Of a stretch of 64,000 nt of DNA, positions 50,252-62,552 are shown piece after piece. The DNA lies in NCBI RefSeq assembly GCF_037042905.1, contig NC_087250.1, forward strand, positions 17,982,001 through 18,046,000, read 5' to 3'. The number at the start of each line of letters is the position of its first letter. Position 1 is the stretch's first letter. The notes beneath the pieces are model-generated. The model did no database searches. It was given only the letters and a program-made list of their open reading frames with translations, and had not been told where the DNA came from. This DNA comes from Lytechinus pictus (taxonomy: Eukaryota). The translations under genes and the position numbers were made by a program.

Positions 50252-50692
50252 GAGGGGTAGTTCACCCTGAGGAACAGTTTGTTGTTAAAATAGCAGAAAA
50301 GATTATAAAACATTGGTGAATGTTTGAGGAAAATACATTAATTATTGAAATACATTCAAAGAGTAGAAAGGTTAATATAATTTTAAGTTTTGGATTTGTG
50401 ACGTCTTAAACGGGCAGCTGCCCCATAGGTCATGTAATGTAAGATGCATAGACTTTATTTTAATGGTTTGTGATGATAATTTTTTTTCTATTTTCTTTTA
50501 GAAGGGGGTGCGAAATGTTTTGTGTATTAATAAACTCAAGTAGATTAAAAAAGCATTTTCTATTTTCTGACAAAATGACATTGCATAGACTTTTTTATTC
50601 TTTGATGGACTTTTCTCAAACCTTCAGCAATATCTTTATAAATTTTCTGCTATTTTTAAAATAAAAGTTTGGTCAGGATGAACTGCCCCCTT
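50252..50692. mobile_element. Kolobok-like MITE (decayed)
   Basis: aggggtagttcaccctga ... tcaggatgaactgccccct. Confidence 0.6.
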
Positions 50693-52044
50693 ATGCCTGC
50701 ATTCAGAAGCAGCCTCAGTAAGTATATGTAAGTCTGCTACAATACAATACAAATAGATCTACTAAAGTATGGCTTTACTAAAGTAAAGTTATAGGCTACT
50801 GGCTCAGTCTCATTCACATTTACTGCATGGGCATGGCAAAGTATATACCTTTAAGAGTCGACACTTCTATTAAATAGAAAGGGTTATTAAACTACAACGC
50901 ACAAAACTCATATACAATTACATAATTACATACCTGTAATCTTGGCAATAGTAAGTCAAAAGTCAGCATCGATGCAGTCGATGAATTAGGTTCACTTACA
51001 ACTAACGACATAGATCTGGCTTCTGTGGGATCCTGAGGCTAACTGGTTGGAGTACTACCCCACCATCATGTAACATGACATTGTAATCCATTCACAGTCA
51101 TATCATGAACACAATACATTGAATCAAGATCGAGTAACGATGATTGAGATGTAAGAAATTCTCTAGCCTCTTATTGTAGCAAGAATAGCATTAACGTTTG
51201 AGGAAAGTCCTTGGCACAGGTCCTATGCTGCGAGATTCGCGACCGTTTCATGTGCTTTTGCGTATGATTATTAAATGCAGCCGCCGTGCTTGAATTCCAC
51301 CGATCTCCAAGTTCTTGGCGTTAAACTGAGTTGTCTCGCTTGACTACTAGCTTGCTCTTTATAACATCGTTAAAATTGAGTTGTTATCTTGGTGGATGGC
51401 GTCAGAATTGACTGGTTTGGGTGCTCAACTATGCGGATGTAATCCTACAAAAGCAAAAATATACTCTGATTTAATTGCACTAACTTAGCCCCGAGTCTGA
51501 CGCCAATCGGGCCGCGTGCAGTAAGCACCAACCGAAGTAGCATGAAACTTTGTATTTGTCCCTAATTTACATAGCACACATTAAAAGAATGATATCATCA
51601 ATGACCAATCAACGACGAATGTATCACCATAGACACTGACTGTGTATCCTCATTACTTATGATTCATAAACATCCATGTACTAGACTACGTGTAAATGTG
51701 TATGTATTAGTGCATGACTCCACTTAGAGTGCAAGGGGCGGGGCAAATGATCAAATTTACATCGAACTTGAATACTGATCGTCTGGCTCTGGAAAATGAA
51801 TGGCATTAGAAAAATGACAACTTCTTCAGAAGCACACACTTGAAGTGAATTCCTTTTTCACTTTTGTTAAGAAATCTTGAAATTTTGTGGTCTCAGTTGC
51901 ATCTCTCCCATATTAAAACCTAACGAAGATTTATGTATATATAATACAAAATGATGGAATGAAAAGTTTACATATCAGAAAGAGCTGCGTCATGGGGTGA
52001 GTGTCTGGGGAGGCAAGTTGTTGGTTGAGGAGCACAGGATTCTG

Positions 52045-52314
52045 GGCCCCGTCTTACAAAGAGTTAAATTGATCCCATCAATCGTAACTCTATGGAAATC
52101 CATCAGTGTCATACTTTTTTCTACAGAAAATTTGCAAAATGTCCTTTGTAAACAAAAGAGATCACACCAAGTTTTTAAGAAATCTATGAATGTATGGATA
52201 TACATTCATAACTAGAATTTTTTAAAATAAACATGCATTTTATATGTTGACTTTGCTGGCTTTCCATAGTTGCGATTGGTTGGATTAATCGCAACTCTTT
52301 GTAAGACAGGGCCC
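52045..52314. mobile_element. Harbinger-group MITE
   Basis: ggccccgtcttacaaagagtt ... aactctttgtaagacagggccc. Confidence 0.7.
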
Positions 52315-53529
52315 TCATATAATGATATCCATCAGCTTCCATTTGAGCTGCATGAGAGCAATTGTCTCTCTTAATTGCCCATCCATTGTCTTTTCCAAAC
52401 TATCCAACCGCTCTTGAGCAGTTTTTATGTAGTGATAGACTGATTGTTGTCTTTACTGCTGTACAAGGTGAAGATACCCAATCTGTTGGTTCATTGGTTA
52501 ATTAATTGGCGTAATTACTTTCATTCTTGTCATCTTACCTAGCTCATCAAATTGAATTTAAAGTAAAAATTAAGCTTTTTGACATCGTCATCAATTTCCC
52601 CTTTTTTGCATGTCAACGTTTTTTGATACCATGTTTTGGTAGAGCATGGTTAAATACATATACAACTTCAATTCGGTGGAAATCGGTCCAGGGGGGCCTT
52701 AGAGATGGCCTCATGAATAGCCTTCACAATTAGTCCCTTGAAATCAATATATCATTGGCTTGGTTCTAAATATAACAAATCAGGCCAATAATACATTGAC
52801 TTTGATCATGGGGCTAATTATGTATTCATGAGGTCATATCTAAGGGCTCCATGGACCGATTCCCACCAAATTAGGGTTGTGGAGGTATTTCACCATGGTC
52901 TACCAAAATATGGTATCAAAACGCTGAAATAAAAAAGTTTTTTTTTTGTACCATTATTACTGTGGATATGGATATGCATCCTCCCTGATTGTAACGTGGT
53001 GCTTATCGGAAACGACCAAAATCTCACATAATATTAGACGACACTTTTATTGAATGCCAGTTGTTAACTTATTCACCAATTCAGAATTATTATCCTACTG
53101 CCAAAAAAAGTTGTCAAAAATTCAATTGTCTTGAAATAGGAAGAATAGGACAATACGACAGTATCATAAATCTAATGAAATAATTGATACATTATAATTG
53201 CCACAAATACTAAAAAAAACATGAAGTCCAGCACTACATAGAAGTATGGATTAAATTCTAGTTTAGCCTAGGATGAAAACTTAGTATTAGTTATCAGAAT
53301 GCTGCCGATTAGGGATAAATTACCCTCACTTTTGCTGCATCTGATGGACTAACATCTTTTTGTTGCTGAGATTCATTACTCTTCAAACTAGGTCACAATG
53401 TCAATGCCAGTGCTCTCCTAGTATGATCAACCCATCTCATCCCATGCTCTTACAGTATTGATATCTGCAGTGCAATTAACCAGTCGGAGACAGAATGTGT
53501 GCTATAAAGGCTGGAGTCTGTGGAAAACT

Positions 53530-53912
53530 TGTGGGTCTACTTTCGCATGGTCTACTTTCGTTTTATGTCATTCCGTCCAACATTTCATCTCACAAGCATT
53601 GTTAATTAACCAATTGGTCTCTTCATCACTTTGTCTAATCACCATTTCGTCTATGACCATATCGTCTCATAATGCAGTTGGTTTACTTTCCATTTCATTT
53701 TCATTAATTTTGCATAATATAACACATAGTCCAATTAGACCAAATGGTATATGGACTAAATGGCTGTTGGACCAACTGGTTATTAGACGGATTGCCATTA
53801 GACTAACAGAAAGTAGACCATGTGGTGGGTGGACGAACTGATGGTAAACCAAATGATAGTAGACGAGTTGGTAATTGGACGAATTGGCATTAGACAAAAT
53901 TGGAAATAAACC
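53530..53912. repeat. Foldback repeat of ~20-bp tagacc/ggtcta units
   Basis: gtcta/gtcc units on the left are mirrored by tagac units on the right; related to 16200-18250. Confidence 0.6.
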
Positions 53913-55910
53913 AACTTGTGTTATAGCAAAAATTATTCGGCCTTCAACAGATCAAACTGCCTCCACTTCTTAGCGATCTTCTGTACATGTAGTACAGCTG
54001 CATCATAAGGTTGTCAATTTAATGAAATAAAAAGAAAAGTGTTTGGCTTTGAAGTTAGAAGCACCAAGTTATTAAGATATGAACTATTAAGTATGTGTCC
54101 AAAACTTAATAGGCGTGCATTCTTCATCTTCCTTCAGGCCCTATGTACTCTACATAAAGCTACTGGTATACAGATTGGAATGGGGGAGGGCTTGTGAACC
54201 ATGCCCCCCTAAAAAAATAAGAACAAAAAAAAAAACATTGGCACCTAGAGCATGCAGAGAGACCGAACAAACATGTAATTGATCCACTTTGAAAATATAT
54301 GTTATTGCAGAAGAGAGGGGAAAACACACAAAATATTTGCATGATTTTTGCCACAATATATATATATTTATGAACGTTCCGTGTGCAAAAAGGAAGAGTG
54401 CATCTTGAAGCGCGCTAATTCTTGCCAACAGTACTATTGCGTCACAATGAACAAACCCCTCATCAATGAAATACCAAAAAAAAAAACAGACTAATGGGTC
54501 GTTGCAGGAAACTTGCGATCAATTGCAAGTCTATATTTGTTCCCAAAATCAAGCATATGCTGTGCAATTAATTGTAAAACTGCGATTTATTGCTAATCTG
54601 CTTCATGAAACAAGGAGTGTGATCTGATTTGCTATGTAGTTAAAAGTGAACAATCAATTGTAGAATTGCAACAGAATAGTTGCAATTGATTGCAAATATT
54701 TCTTGCAACCCCACCCCCTTTAATCATACAGTGTTAACAAAACTTTGTGATTTTTAGTTTTTCATAATTTCAGAGTTAGACCATGGTCTAAGCTAAACTG
54801 GACTTTAAAAATATGGGCTTATGGTTTTATTACAGTGGATTGAAGATCTATGTATTATAACGGAAATGTCAGCTTTTTAAAGCAATGCTTCTCTGTATTC
54901 TTATTTTGCCAACTATATCTAATTATTATCATGCTTTTTATTCTATGGCATTTAATATTATAACGAAAATGTCAGCTTGTTAAAGGCATGGGTGAGTAAC
55001 AATTCTATATATCGTTTGTATTCTTATCATGCCATCTAGTTCATTGTTCTCATGTTATGTCTTCAATGTCATTTAATATAGTCTTTTATATGTATTTTTG
55101 AAGTTTATATATACATGTTTATTTACAGTTGTAATAGATTTGATAAGATAAATGTTTGTTGATCTCATTTGTCATTAAAGTTTGTACCTAATTTCTTGGA
55201 GGAGAAGAAGGAGAGGAGAGCAGACCATGAATGCAATCGAGGGAGAGGGGAGAGGGAGGTAGAGAGGGGCTCGAGGGGGGAGGAGAGAGGTGGAGAGGAG
55301 AGAAAAGGAATAGAGAAAAGGAGAGAGAGAGACGGGTGGAGGCGCTGTTGGTTTTAGGGGCTGTGGCAAAATGAAAAACTCAAAGTGGCCTGATTTTAAC
55401 GAAGTTTGACGGAAAACATGAGTACTGCATATACATTATTTGAGGTAATGACTGAACGACCACGGATTAATATATGTTTCCTTATGGATTTGAAGATGGC
55501 TTCTATCTGAAGAAATGTGATTATCAATACTGATCCGTCTGTGCTAAATCAAGTGAGTTTTAACTGCGACATTGTTAACATCTACACAATGAGCAACATT
55601 TGGAAAAATGTACAGTTCATTACAAGGCGTACGGTGAGTTTTTCCATTGTAACATAATGCGCTAGCATAAGAAATATTAAAACATGCAACTCTTTATTTG
55701 TTCATGCATTATTTTCTTTAACATGTCCCTTGACAGAAAGTATTTCTAAATATTTATATTTGAAATATATTTTGAAAAAAAGAATACTCCTAAAAGGAAA
55801 TGTTTATTACATCTAAAATGACAGTTGATGTGAGACGATAAATCAAGATATGGTCAAAGAGACCCCTACCTCTAGATCACCCTGACTATCATCAACCCGT
55901 TACCTCACAG

Positions 55911-56111
55911 CAGGGGCGTCGATCCATTTTTCAGATTGGGGGGGGGGGGCAAAATCATGAATCAAATTTTGAAAGGCGCTCGATCACACAAAACAAACAA
56001 ACTCACACACACACATATGCCTATATATATATATATATGTATATATATATACATATATATACATATATATATATACATATATGTATATATATATATATAC
56101 ATATATATACA

Positions 56112-56160
<49 letters not shown>

Positions 56161-56886
56161 CGATATTGCGATCCGCGTGTTGGACATAGATGATATTAAT
56201 GAGGCAAAATGGTAATGCATTGTACTTAGTTCCAACTGAGTTTAGAGACGTTCATATATATATATATATATATATATATGACTCATGAGATAGAGACACA
56301 TATCTCACCAACAAATTAATGTGAACGCGAAGCGCGAGCTGAAATTTCTTTATATTCAGACCTGAAAGCTTGATATTCTAAGAATTTTTGGTACCAATGA
56401 TTAAGATGGGTATCTAAAAAACAATAGATGCGAGCGCGAAGCGCGAGCTGAACATTTTGATATTTCGATCTGAAAAAAATTGAGTTTAATGGAAGTTTTT
56501 AATAAAGAACGAGATATAGATTCAACAAAAGATTATTGCAAATCGAAGTGGGACTTCTTTTGAGGCTTAGAACTGAAAATGGGACATTCTATTCAGCTAT
56601 TTGATCATGAAAAGTATGGGTTTTGCTACAGAAATGATGCGATGAAGCGTGAGCTGAAAATTCTTCATATTCCAATCTAAAAAGCGGACATTTTGAGCAC
56701 GATTTTAGATAAAGAACAAGTTGTGTATCTCAATCTCGCTTGCTGATTTCTCTGTAACATTACAATCTTATTTTATTTTTTGCACATGCCGAATTATTGG
56801 GGGGCAAAACGATATGTTTGCCCCCCCCCCAATATTTTCATTGGTGGGGCGATCGCCCCCCTGCCCCCCCATGATCGACGCCTCTG
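55911..56886. mobile_element. hAT-type MITE, 8-bp TSD CCTCACAG, containing a (TA)n microsatellite
   Basis: caggggcgtcgatc ... gatcgacgcctctg; TSD at 55903-55910 and 56887-56894; (TA)n at ~56022-56159. Confidence 0.88.
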
Positions 56887-57944
56887 CCTCACAGGCACGG
56901 GGAAAGACCAATCTATACTGCGCTCATCCAGGTAATAAGAGTAGCACTGACTTTTTTTTTGGGGGGGGGGGCAAGACGTCCTAAAAGAGATTGGCGACTC
57001 GTCAGGGGTTTTAAGGAGAATCATAAACTTGATTGTCTTCTCCTCTCCCGCTCATTTTGGAAGTAATGTGATACAGAGAAAGAGAGCGGAAGATCTCCAG
57101 AGAGGCGTCAGCTGAGTCGCTCCACGATTGTGAGTGATAGACTCATTTTAAACATGTTGCCTATCAAAACGTTGCAACTCTGAGTATTTTCTTTTCTTCT
57201 GCTATTGGACCGAATTTTGAAAATAACATTAACGTACAAAAATGAATACACAAACATGGGGGCGTCAGTCATCAACCCTATCCAACAAAGATATATTTTA
57301 AGATCAGACCATTAAATCGGGAATAGCACGCCCTCTCAATATTCTTATTTTCTTTCTCAAGGCCCCTTTAACATCGATTATTGTGATTTTATTTAATTTT
57401 TACCAAAATGCAATGTCCTTTACTCTTGAAGTGTACACGGTTACAATAGACAATGTTTATTATTACAGTGTGCATATACCGAATCCTTGGCCCGTTGCAT
57501 AAAGGTTAAACCTATGGTTACTTTGCCATCCAATGGTAATGCTGATCAACAGCCAATCAAAATCAAGCATTTCAGGGAAATGTATAATGGTAACTTTTAT
57601 GCAACGGCGCCCTTGTCTACATAGAGGCTCGTGTGAGGAAACATTTGCTGATTTCGATTGTAACTGTGCCGCCTTTTACGTCGAGAAATGTGTTAAAAAC
57701 GTATAGGTTTGACTTGTACTTTTAGTATCAATTAGGAATAATTAGCTTCAAACCTGACTACGTACCTGTTTCATACTTTCAAAAAATTGATTTTGCTTTC
57801 CCTAAGTAGGAAAAGTGAAATGAAAATGAAAATATACTTATCGCAAATTAACGATGTCCATTAATAAAACGAACTGAAATCCAAATAAATTTAAATATGC
57901 AAGTGTAGGATAGGTATTGTAACTGTTTAACGTGAAATTGTTAA

Positions 57945-58527
57945 AGGAGAATGAAACCCTTGAAACTAGCTGAATCCATACTAAAGAGAAAAATCAAAGA
58001 AACATATTGTTGAAAGTTTGAGGAAGATTGAATGAATAATAAGAAAGTTATGAGCATTTGAATATTGAGATCACTAGTGCCATGTAGATCCTCCCATCGG
58101 CAATGCGACCAAGATCTGTGATATCACACACGTACAACTCCCTCATTACTTTAGTACTTATTTCACTTATATTCTCACTTTTATAGAGTCTATCACAAGG
58201 TTAGGTGTTTTCTTTATGAGATGACAAGTACAGAGGTTTCACAACATTATATCATTGATGAATCGTTTGTCATATGATTAGAATGAGCAAAAAGAGATGT
58301 TTTGGGGTATATTTTCAGTGTCCGAATGGGAGAGTTGTACGTGTGTGACATCACAGATCTTGGTCGCATTGCCAATGGGAGGATCTCCATAGCATTAGTG
58401 ATCTCGACATTCAAATGCTCATAACTCTTTTATTGCTAGTCCTATTTTACTCAAAGTTTTGTTGATCTTATTCTTTGATTTTTCTGCTTTCACAAAAGCT
58501 AACTTGCTCCAAGAGTTTCATTCTCCT
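57945..58527. mobile_element. Kolobok-type MITE, TTAA TSD, copy 2
   Basis: Same termini and body as 47168-47751. Confidence 0.88.
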
Positions 58528-58560
58528 TTAAGGATCGTGACTTGTATTTCAAACACAAGT

Positions 58561-58760
58561 GGAGGTGCCGTGGCCAAGTGGTCTAAGGCGACTGGCTATA
58601 CATAGAAAGTCCGGGGTTCGATCCCAGGCCGCGGAACCTATACCTATGCCTGTGAGCAAAGCATTTAATGTACAATGCTCTTTTTTCCTGCTTTCTAATA
58701 AATGGAAATGCTATATGCATTATTGGTAACTTGGTGTGCACTTGTTTGTTTAAAAAAAGA
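58561..58760 (+). mobile_element. tRNA-derived SINE
   Basis: gtggccaagtgg A box and ggttcgatccc B box; same family as 24086-24210. Confidence 0.78.
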
Positions 58761-58846
58761 TGGTAATAACCAACGAACATAGAGGGCAGCAACACAATTC
58801 TGCAAAGTGTTGCTGCCCTCTACGTTCGTTGGTAATAACTAAATAC

Positions 58847-59033
58847 GTAGGCGTTGTGGCGTGCGCCTGTAATCCGAGCTATGTGGGGAAGTTACAAATT
58901 GATGCAGAGGTTCGAGGTTCGAGCCCCGGTCACGTCTTTCGGATGGTGACGTTAAAGGTCGGTCCCAGACGTAAATAATCATATCTGATTGATACACGTC
59001 TGACAAAACTCAAATACACACACACACACACAC
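58847..59033 (+). mobile_element. SINE with a 7SL(Alu-domain)-like head, tRNA B-box and (CA)n tail
   Basis: GGCGTTGTGGCGTGCGCCTGTAATCCGAGCTA at 58850-58881, then ggttcgagccc, then (CA)n at 59016-59033. Confidence 0.7.
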
Positions 59034-59898
59034 GTAGTTATGTCTCTGGTATCAAAAGCTGCATGGATGAAAATGAATGAAATCATTTACATTGAAATAA
59101 AGTGAAAAGTAGTAATATAGGAACTGTGTGCATACAATCAGCTTTCCTTTTTCTATCGATTGTCGCAGGGAACATAATCAGAGGCATCAAACATCTCGAT
59201 ATCAGATCTCGCGAGGGAATAGTCTCATTCTGGCAATTGAAGAAGACTCTCCATTGCATATCAGGAGCTTCTGGATCTGAGAACCTCTAACCTCGTCGAG
59301 TATACTCGACCATAGACGGCGTTGTATTCAACAGTTTACCGGAGAGCGCCATCCTCTTTGCCCAGGTTATGTGTCCTGGTGCATGAATATCACGAATTGT
59401 TGGCTTGGTGAAATTCCACTGGAGGGAACGGTAGTGGTCGATGTTATATGTTGCGAAGGATTGTATGTTTAGCATATTCATTGTCCACCCAAAACGACAC
59501 TACACTAATTCAAGCAGGTGCTGTCTATGCACAACACTGCAGACATTAAATTATGTATCTTCACTTGAAAAAAGACAATCAGAGAACGTTACGTTCAAGT
59601 TTCCCTTCAAAGCGTTCTTTTGATTTTACATCACATGCTCGGATGGTAACCAGACTCGTTCGTATATTTAGACAAAGACCTGGGTTCTGAAGAGTCGAAT
59701 TCAATAAAATGCAAAAACAAATAAAGGATAGGGAGAGAGAAAGCGAGAGAAAGAGAGATAGTGTTTTTTTTTAGTTGAAAGGCAAATAGAAATGACTTCC
59801 TGGTATTGAAGAAGATAAGAAAATGTATACCGATCAATTTTAAAACACCCCTTATCAGGTAGGATACGCATACACTTTCTTGGGATTTCATTCACTGA

Positions 59899-60205
59899 TT
59901 ATGAGTGCACCAGTCCAGGAATTCACCTAGTCCTTGAGAATGAAGACGTCACAGATCACAGAATCCAGTGAGGACCAAACCTACAAGTCGGCCACTGCAA
60001 GATCACACGGACCACAGTGCTGGCAACCTTTAATTCATGACAAAGTGCAGTGGTTACAGATCGACTGATAAACACCCTCCCCGTTATTGGTCTCTCCATG
60101 CAGGGAAGGGCTGATGAAGATTATTTCGTCACAGCTTTTACTTTGAAGTACTCCCTCATAGGCACAGTATTGAAAGTTTACAAAGATGAACTTGAACAAG
60201 TTAAG
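59899..60205 (+). pseudogene. Discoidin / F5/8 type C domain pseudo-exon
   Basis: SQITESS...AR..G..CWQP..D..QWLQID (frameshift) L...VIGLSMQGR..DYFVTAFTLKYS...YKD....K|gt; two frameshifts. Confidence 0.72.
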
Positions 60206-60906
60206 GTGATAAATTTATCGTTCTGTCTTTGTTTCTTTGTGATATTGAGATGGTGTTAAGCAGATGCTATTATTGATGCTACTTCAATGAAAGTTGAAAA
60301 AAAAGCAATCAGCACTCAATGCCAAGCTCAATACAATAATTTGCGTGGGTGGTTGTATTTATTATTTCCATTATTGAGATTAAATACCGGTTTCATACAA
60401 GTTTCAGTATTTTCAAATTGGGTCAGACGTCTGCCACTACAGTTACTGTTCTGAATAGTCTGAAATACAGTGGCTACGACCTAGTTGGGTTACACTGTTG
60501 TGGAATCGAATAGGATCACATAGAAGTGCCATTCTCTCAATCTTATCTCTTTCTTTTTCTTTGTTGTTTCCCATTATTTTCCAGGTAACGCTGATGGCCC
60601 CTGTTACGGCACATTTTTGTAAATTGCACATTTAGGTAAATTACTAAAATGTGGGAAGAGTGTTGGGGATTCTCGTGTCTATGTTTATAACAACAAGATC
60701 GGTTTGACATCAGACCATTTAGTGTTTGCTTGGTCAGGCAACCAAGGTGATCGCTGCAGAGGTAACCTTAAACATACTAAAATAGAATTTGCCTCGGGTG
60801 TGTTGTGAGCCTCTCCATTCATGAAACGCAGCATTTTCATTTAATTGTTTAAAATGCTCTTGTCCCTCCCCCTTTTGTCATAAATTGACAGAACAAGGAA
60901 ATATTA

Positions 60907-61152
60907 TACTGCAAAAGCACCGGTGTTGATTTAACACCAGCCCGGAATCTATATATGTCCACACCAGAGAAGTGTAAAACTACACTAGTTTGGTTTCAGT
61001 CTAAACCAAATAGGTGTTTATACAACACCAATTAGTATTAAAACAGCACGGGTTTGATTCCAAACTGTTGTTGTTTCAATACTTCTCTGGTGTGGACATT
61101 ATATATATAGATTCCGGGCTGGTGTTAAATCAACACCCGAGTTTTTGCAGTG
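60907..61152. mobile_element. CACTG-ended MITE with long TIRs
   Basis: ggtgttgatttaacaccagcccggaatcta is inverted as tagattccgggctggtgttaaatcaacacc. Confidence 0.75.
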
Positions 61153-61482
61153 TACAGTATCACAAAAACATGCTATGAACACAGGAATATCGAGTTGTAT
61201 ATAAATGCTTTTATTTCCCAATGTATAATAGCAGTTTATCATCAAGATACAGAGATCAAGTTTTTCAAAGATTACAGTACATCAATCAATAAAACGTACG
61301 ACGTTGAAGCTTACATGTTTGTTTTTGCCTCTCCATTCTCAAGATGTGAGTTTATGATATAAATTCCAAAACTTAAAGGTTCTTATTAATACGTTCAGTC
61401 TAATCGCTTTGTTGTTGATTTTGTTTGATCCTATATGGCTACTACACAAATATTCCTACTCCTCTTTAATAGCATCATAATT

Positions 61483-61785
61483 CACTAGCGTACCTACGGG
61501 GGGGGGGGGGCAGGGGGGGGCACTCTGCCCCCCTGACGAGCCACAACCCATACAAAATACATATCACTGCCCCCCCTGACGAGCTTGAAAGACCTTTTAT
61601 GCCCCCCTGACGAGCTTGAAGACCTTTTTTTTTTTTTTTTTTTTTTTTTTTGCTTGTCAATTTTTTTTCTGGTACAATAACCTTTATTTTTTATTGAAGA
61701 CCTTTTTTTTTTTTTTTTTTTTGCTTGTCAATTTTTTTGGCGGCCGATTTTGCCCCCCCTGTGGAAAATCCTAGGTACGCCACTG
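61483..61785. mobile_element. hAT-type MITE, 8-bp TSD TCATAATT
   Basis: Same family as 20113-20354; TSD at 61475-61482 and 61786-61793. Confidence 0.88.
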
Positions 61786-62313
61786 TCATAATTACACTAA
61801 GAAAAATACATGAGTATAATTCTAAACTACTTCTAACAAGTCAAATGAATGGTAAAATTAAACAAAATAATAATCAGATATAAGCGTCTGACTCACCTCA
61901 AACTTGTGTAACATACCAAAAATTATAAAAGATTCTCAAATCAATTTATATGTACTTGTAAACGATATGGAATAGCATTGATATGTAATCATTATTTATA
62001 TACAGTTTGTTCAGAAAATACTATCGAACCATCGTCGCAGAAGCTTTATCACCATCATAATAATAATTTTATGAACGTCATAATGCATGATAATTGCATA
62101 TAAAGCGATCATTTCAGCTGCAGTACACATTTCTACATAGCTTGTCTCTACAACATCACGAAGCGTATATCGAATATCAATATTATATTTACAAGTAATT
62201 TTGAATACGCAGCTGTATTTTATTTTGATTGTCGATCGACTGTAAATTTCCCTTTTTCCCCAAATATTAGATATACCTAGTGGGTACATTTTATGAAAAC
62301 AAGGATAACCATA

Positions 62314-62552
62314 CACTGTAAAAACTGTGGTGTTAAAACTGACACCAATTGGTGTTAATAGAGGACCACACCTTGAGGTGTTAAAATAACACCCTAGAGA
62401 TTGAACATAACACCAAAGTGTGTAAATGTAACAACCATAGGTGTTGTAATAACACCTATATATGTAAAACTAACACCACCAATTTAACACCGGTGTAAAA
62501 TAACCGGTGTGGTCCTATATGTAGACCGGTTAACACCACAGTTTTTGCTGTG
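62314..62552. mobile_element. CACTG-ended MITE with aacacc repeats, TA flanks
   Basis: ta|cactgtaaaaactgtggtgttaa ... ttaacaccacagtttttgctgtg|ta. Confidence 0.75.

Noticed and set aside
50934..51444. Possible upstream exon of the ANK gene (ttttgtag| ... CAG|gtatgt on the minus strand)
   Set aside because: The splice signals are good, but the frame needed to join 29492 has a TGA a few codons upstream and no domain is recognisable. It could be 5' UTR, but this is unsupported without RNA data.
55936..56235. ORFs rich in IY repeats (also poly-N at 34097 and poly-K/F at 33402-33725)
   Set aside because: They are translations of microsatellite or homopolymer tracts.
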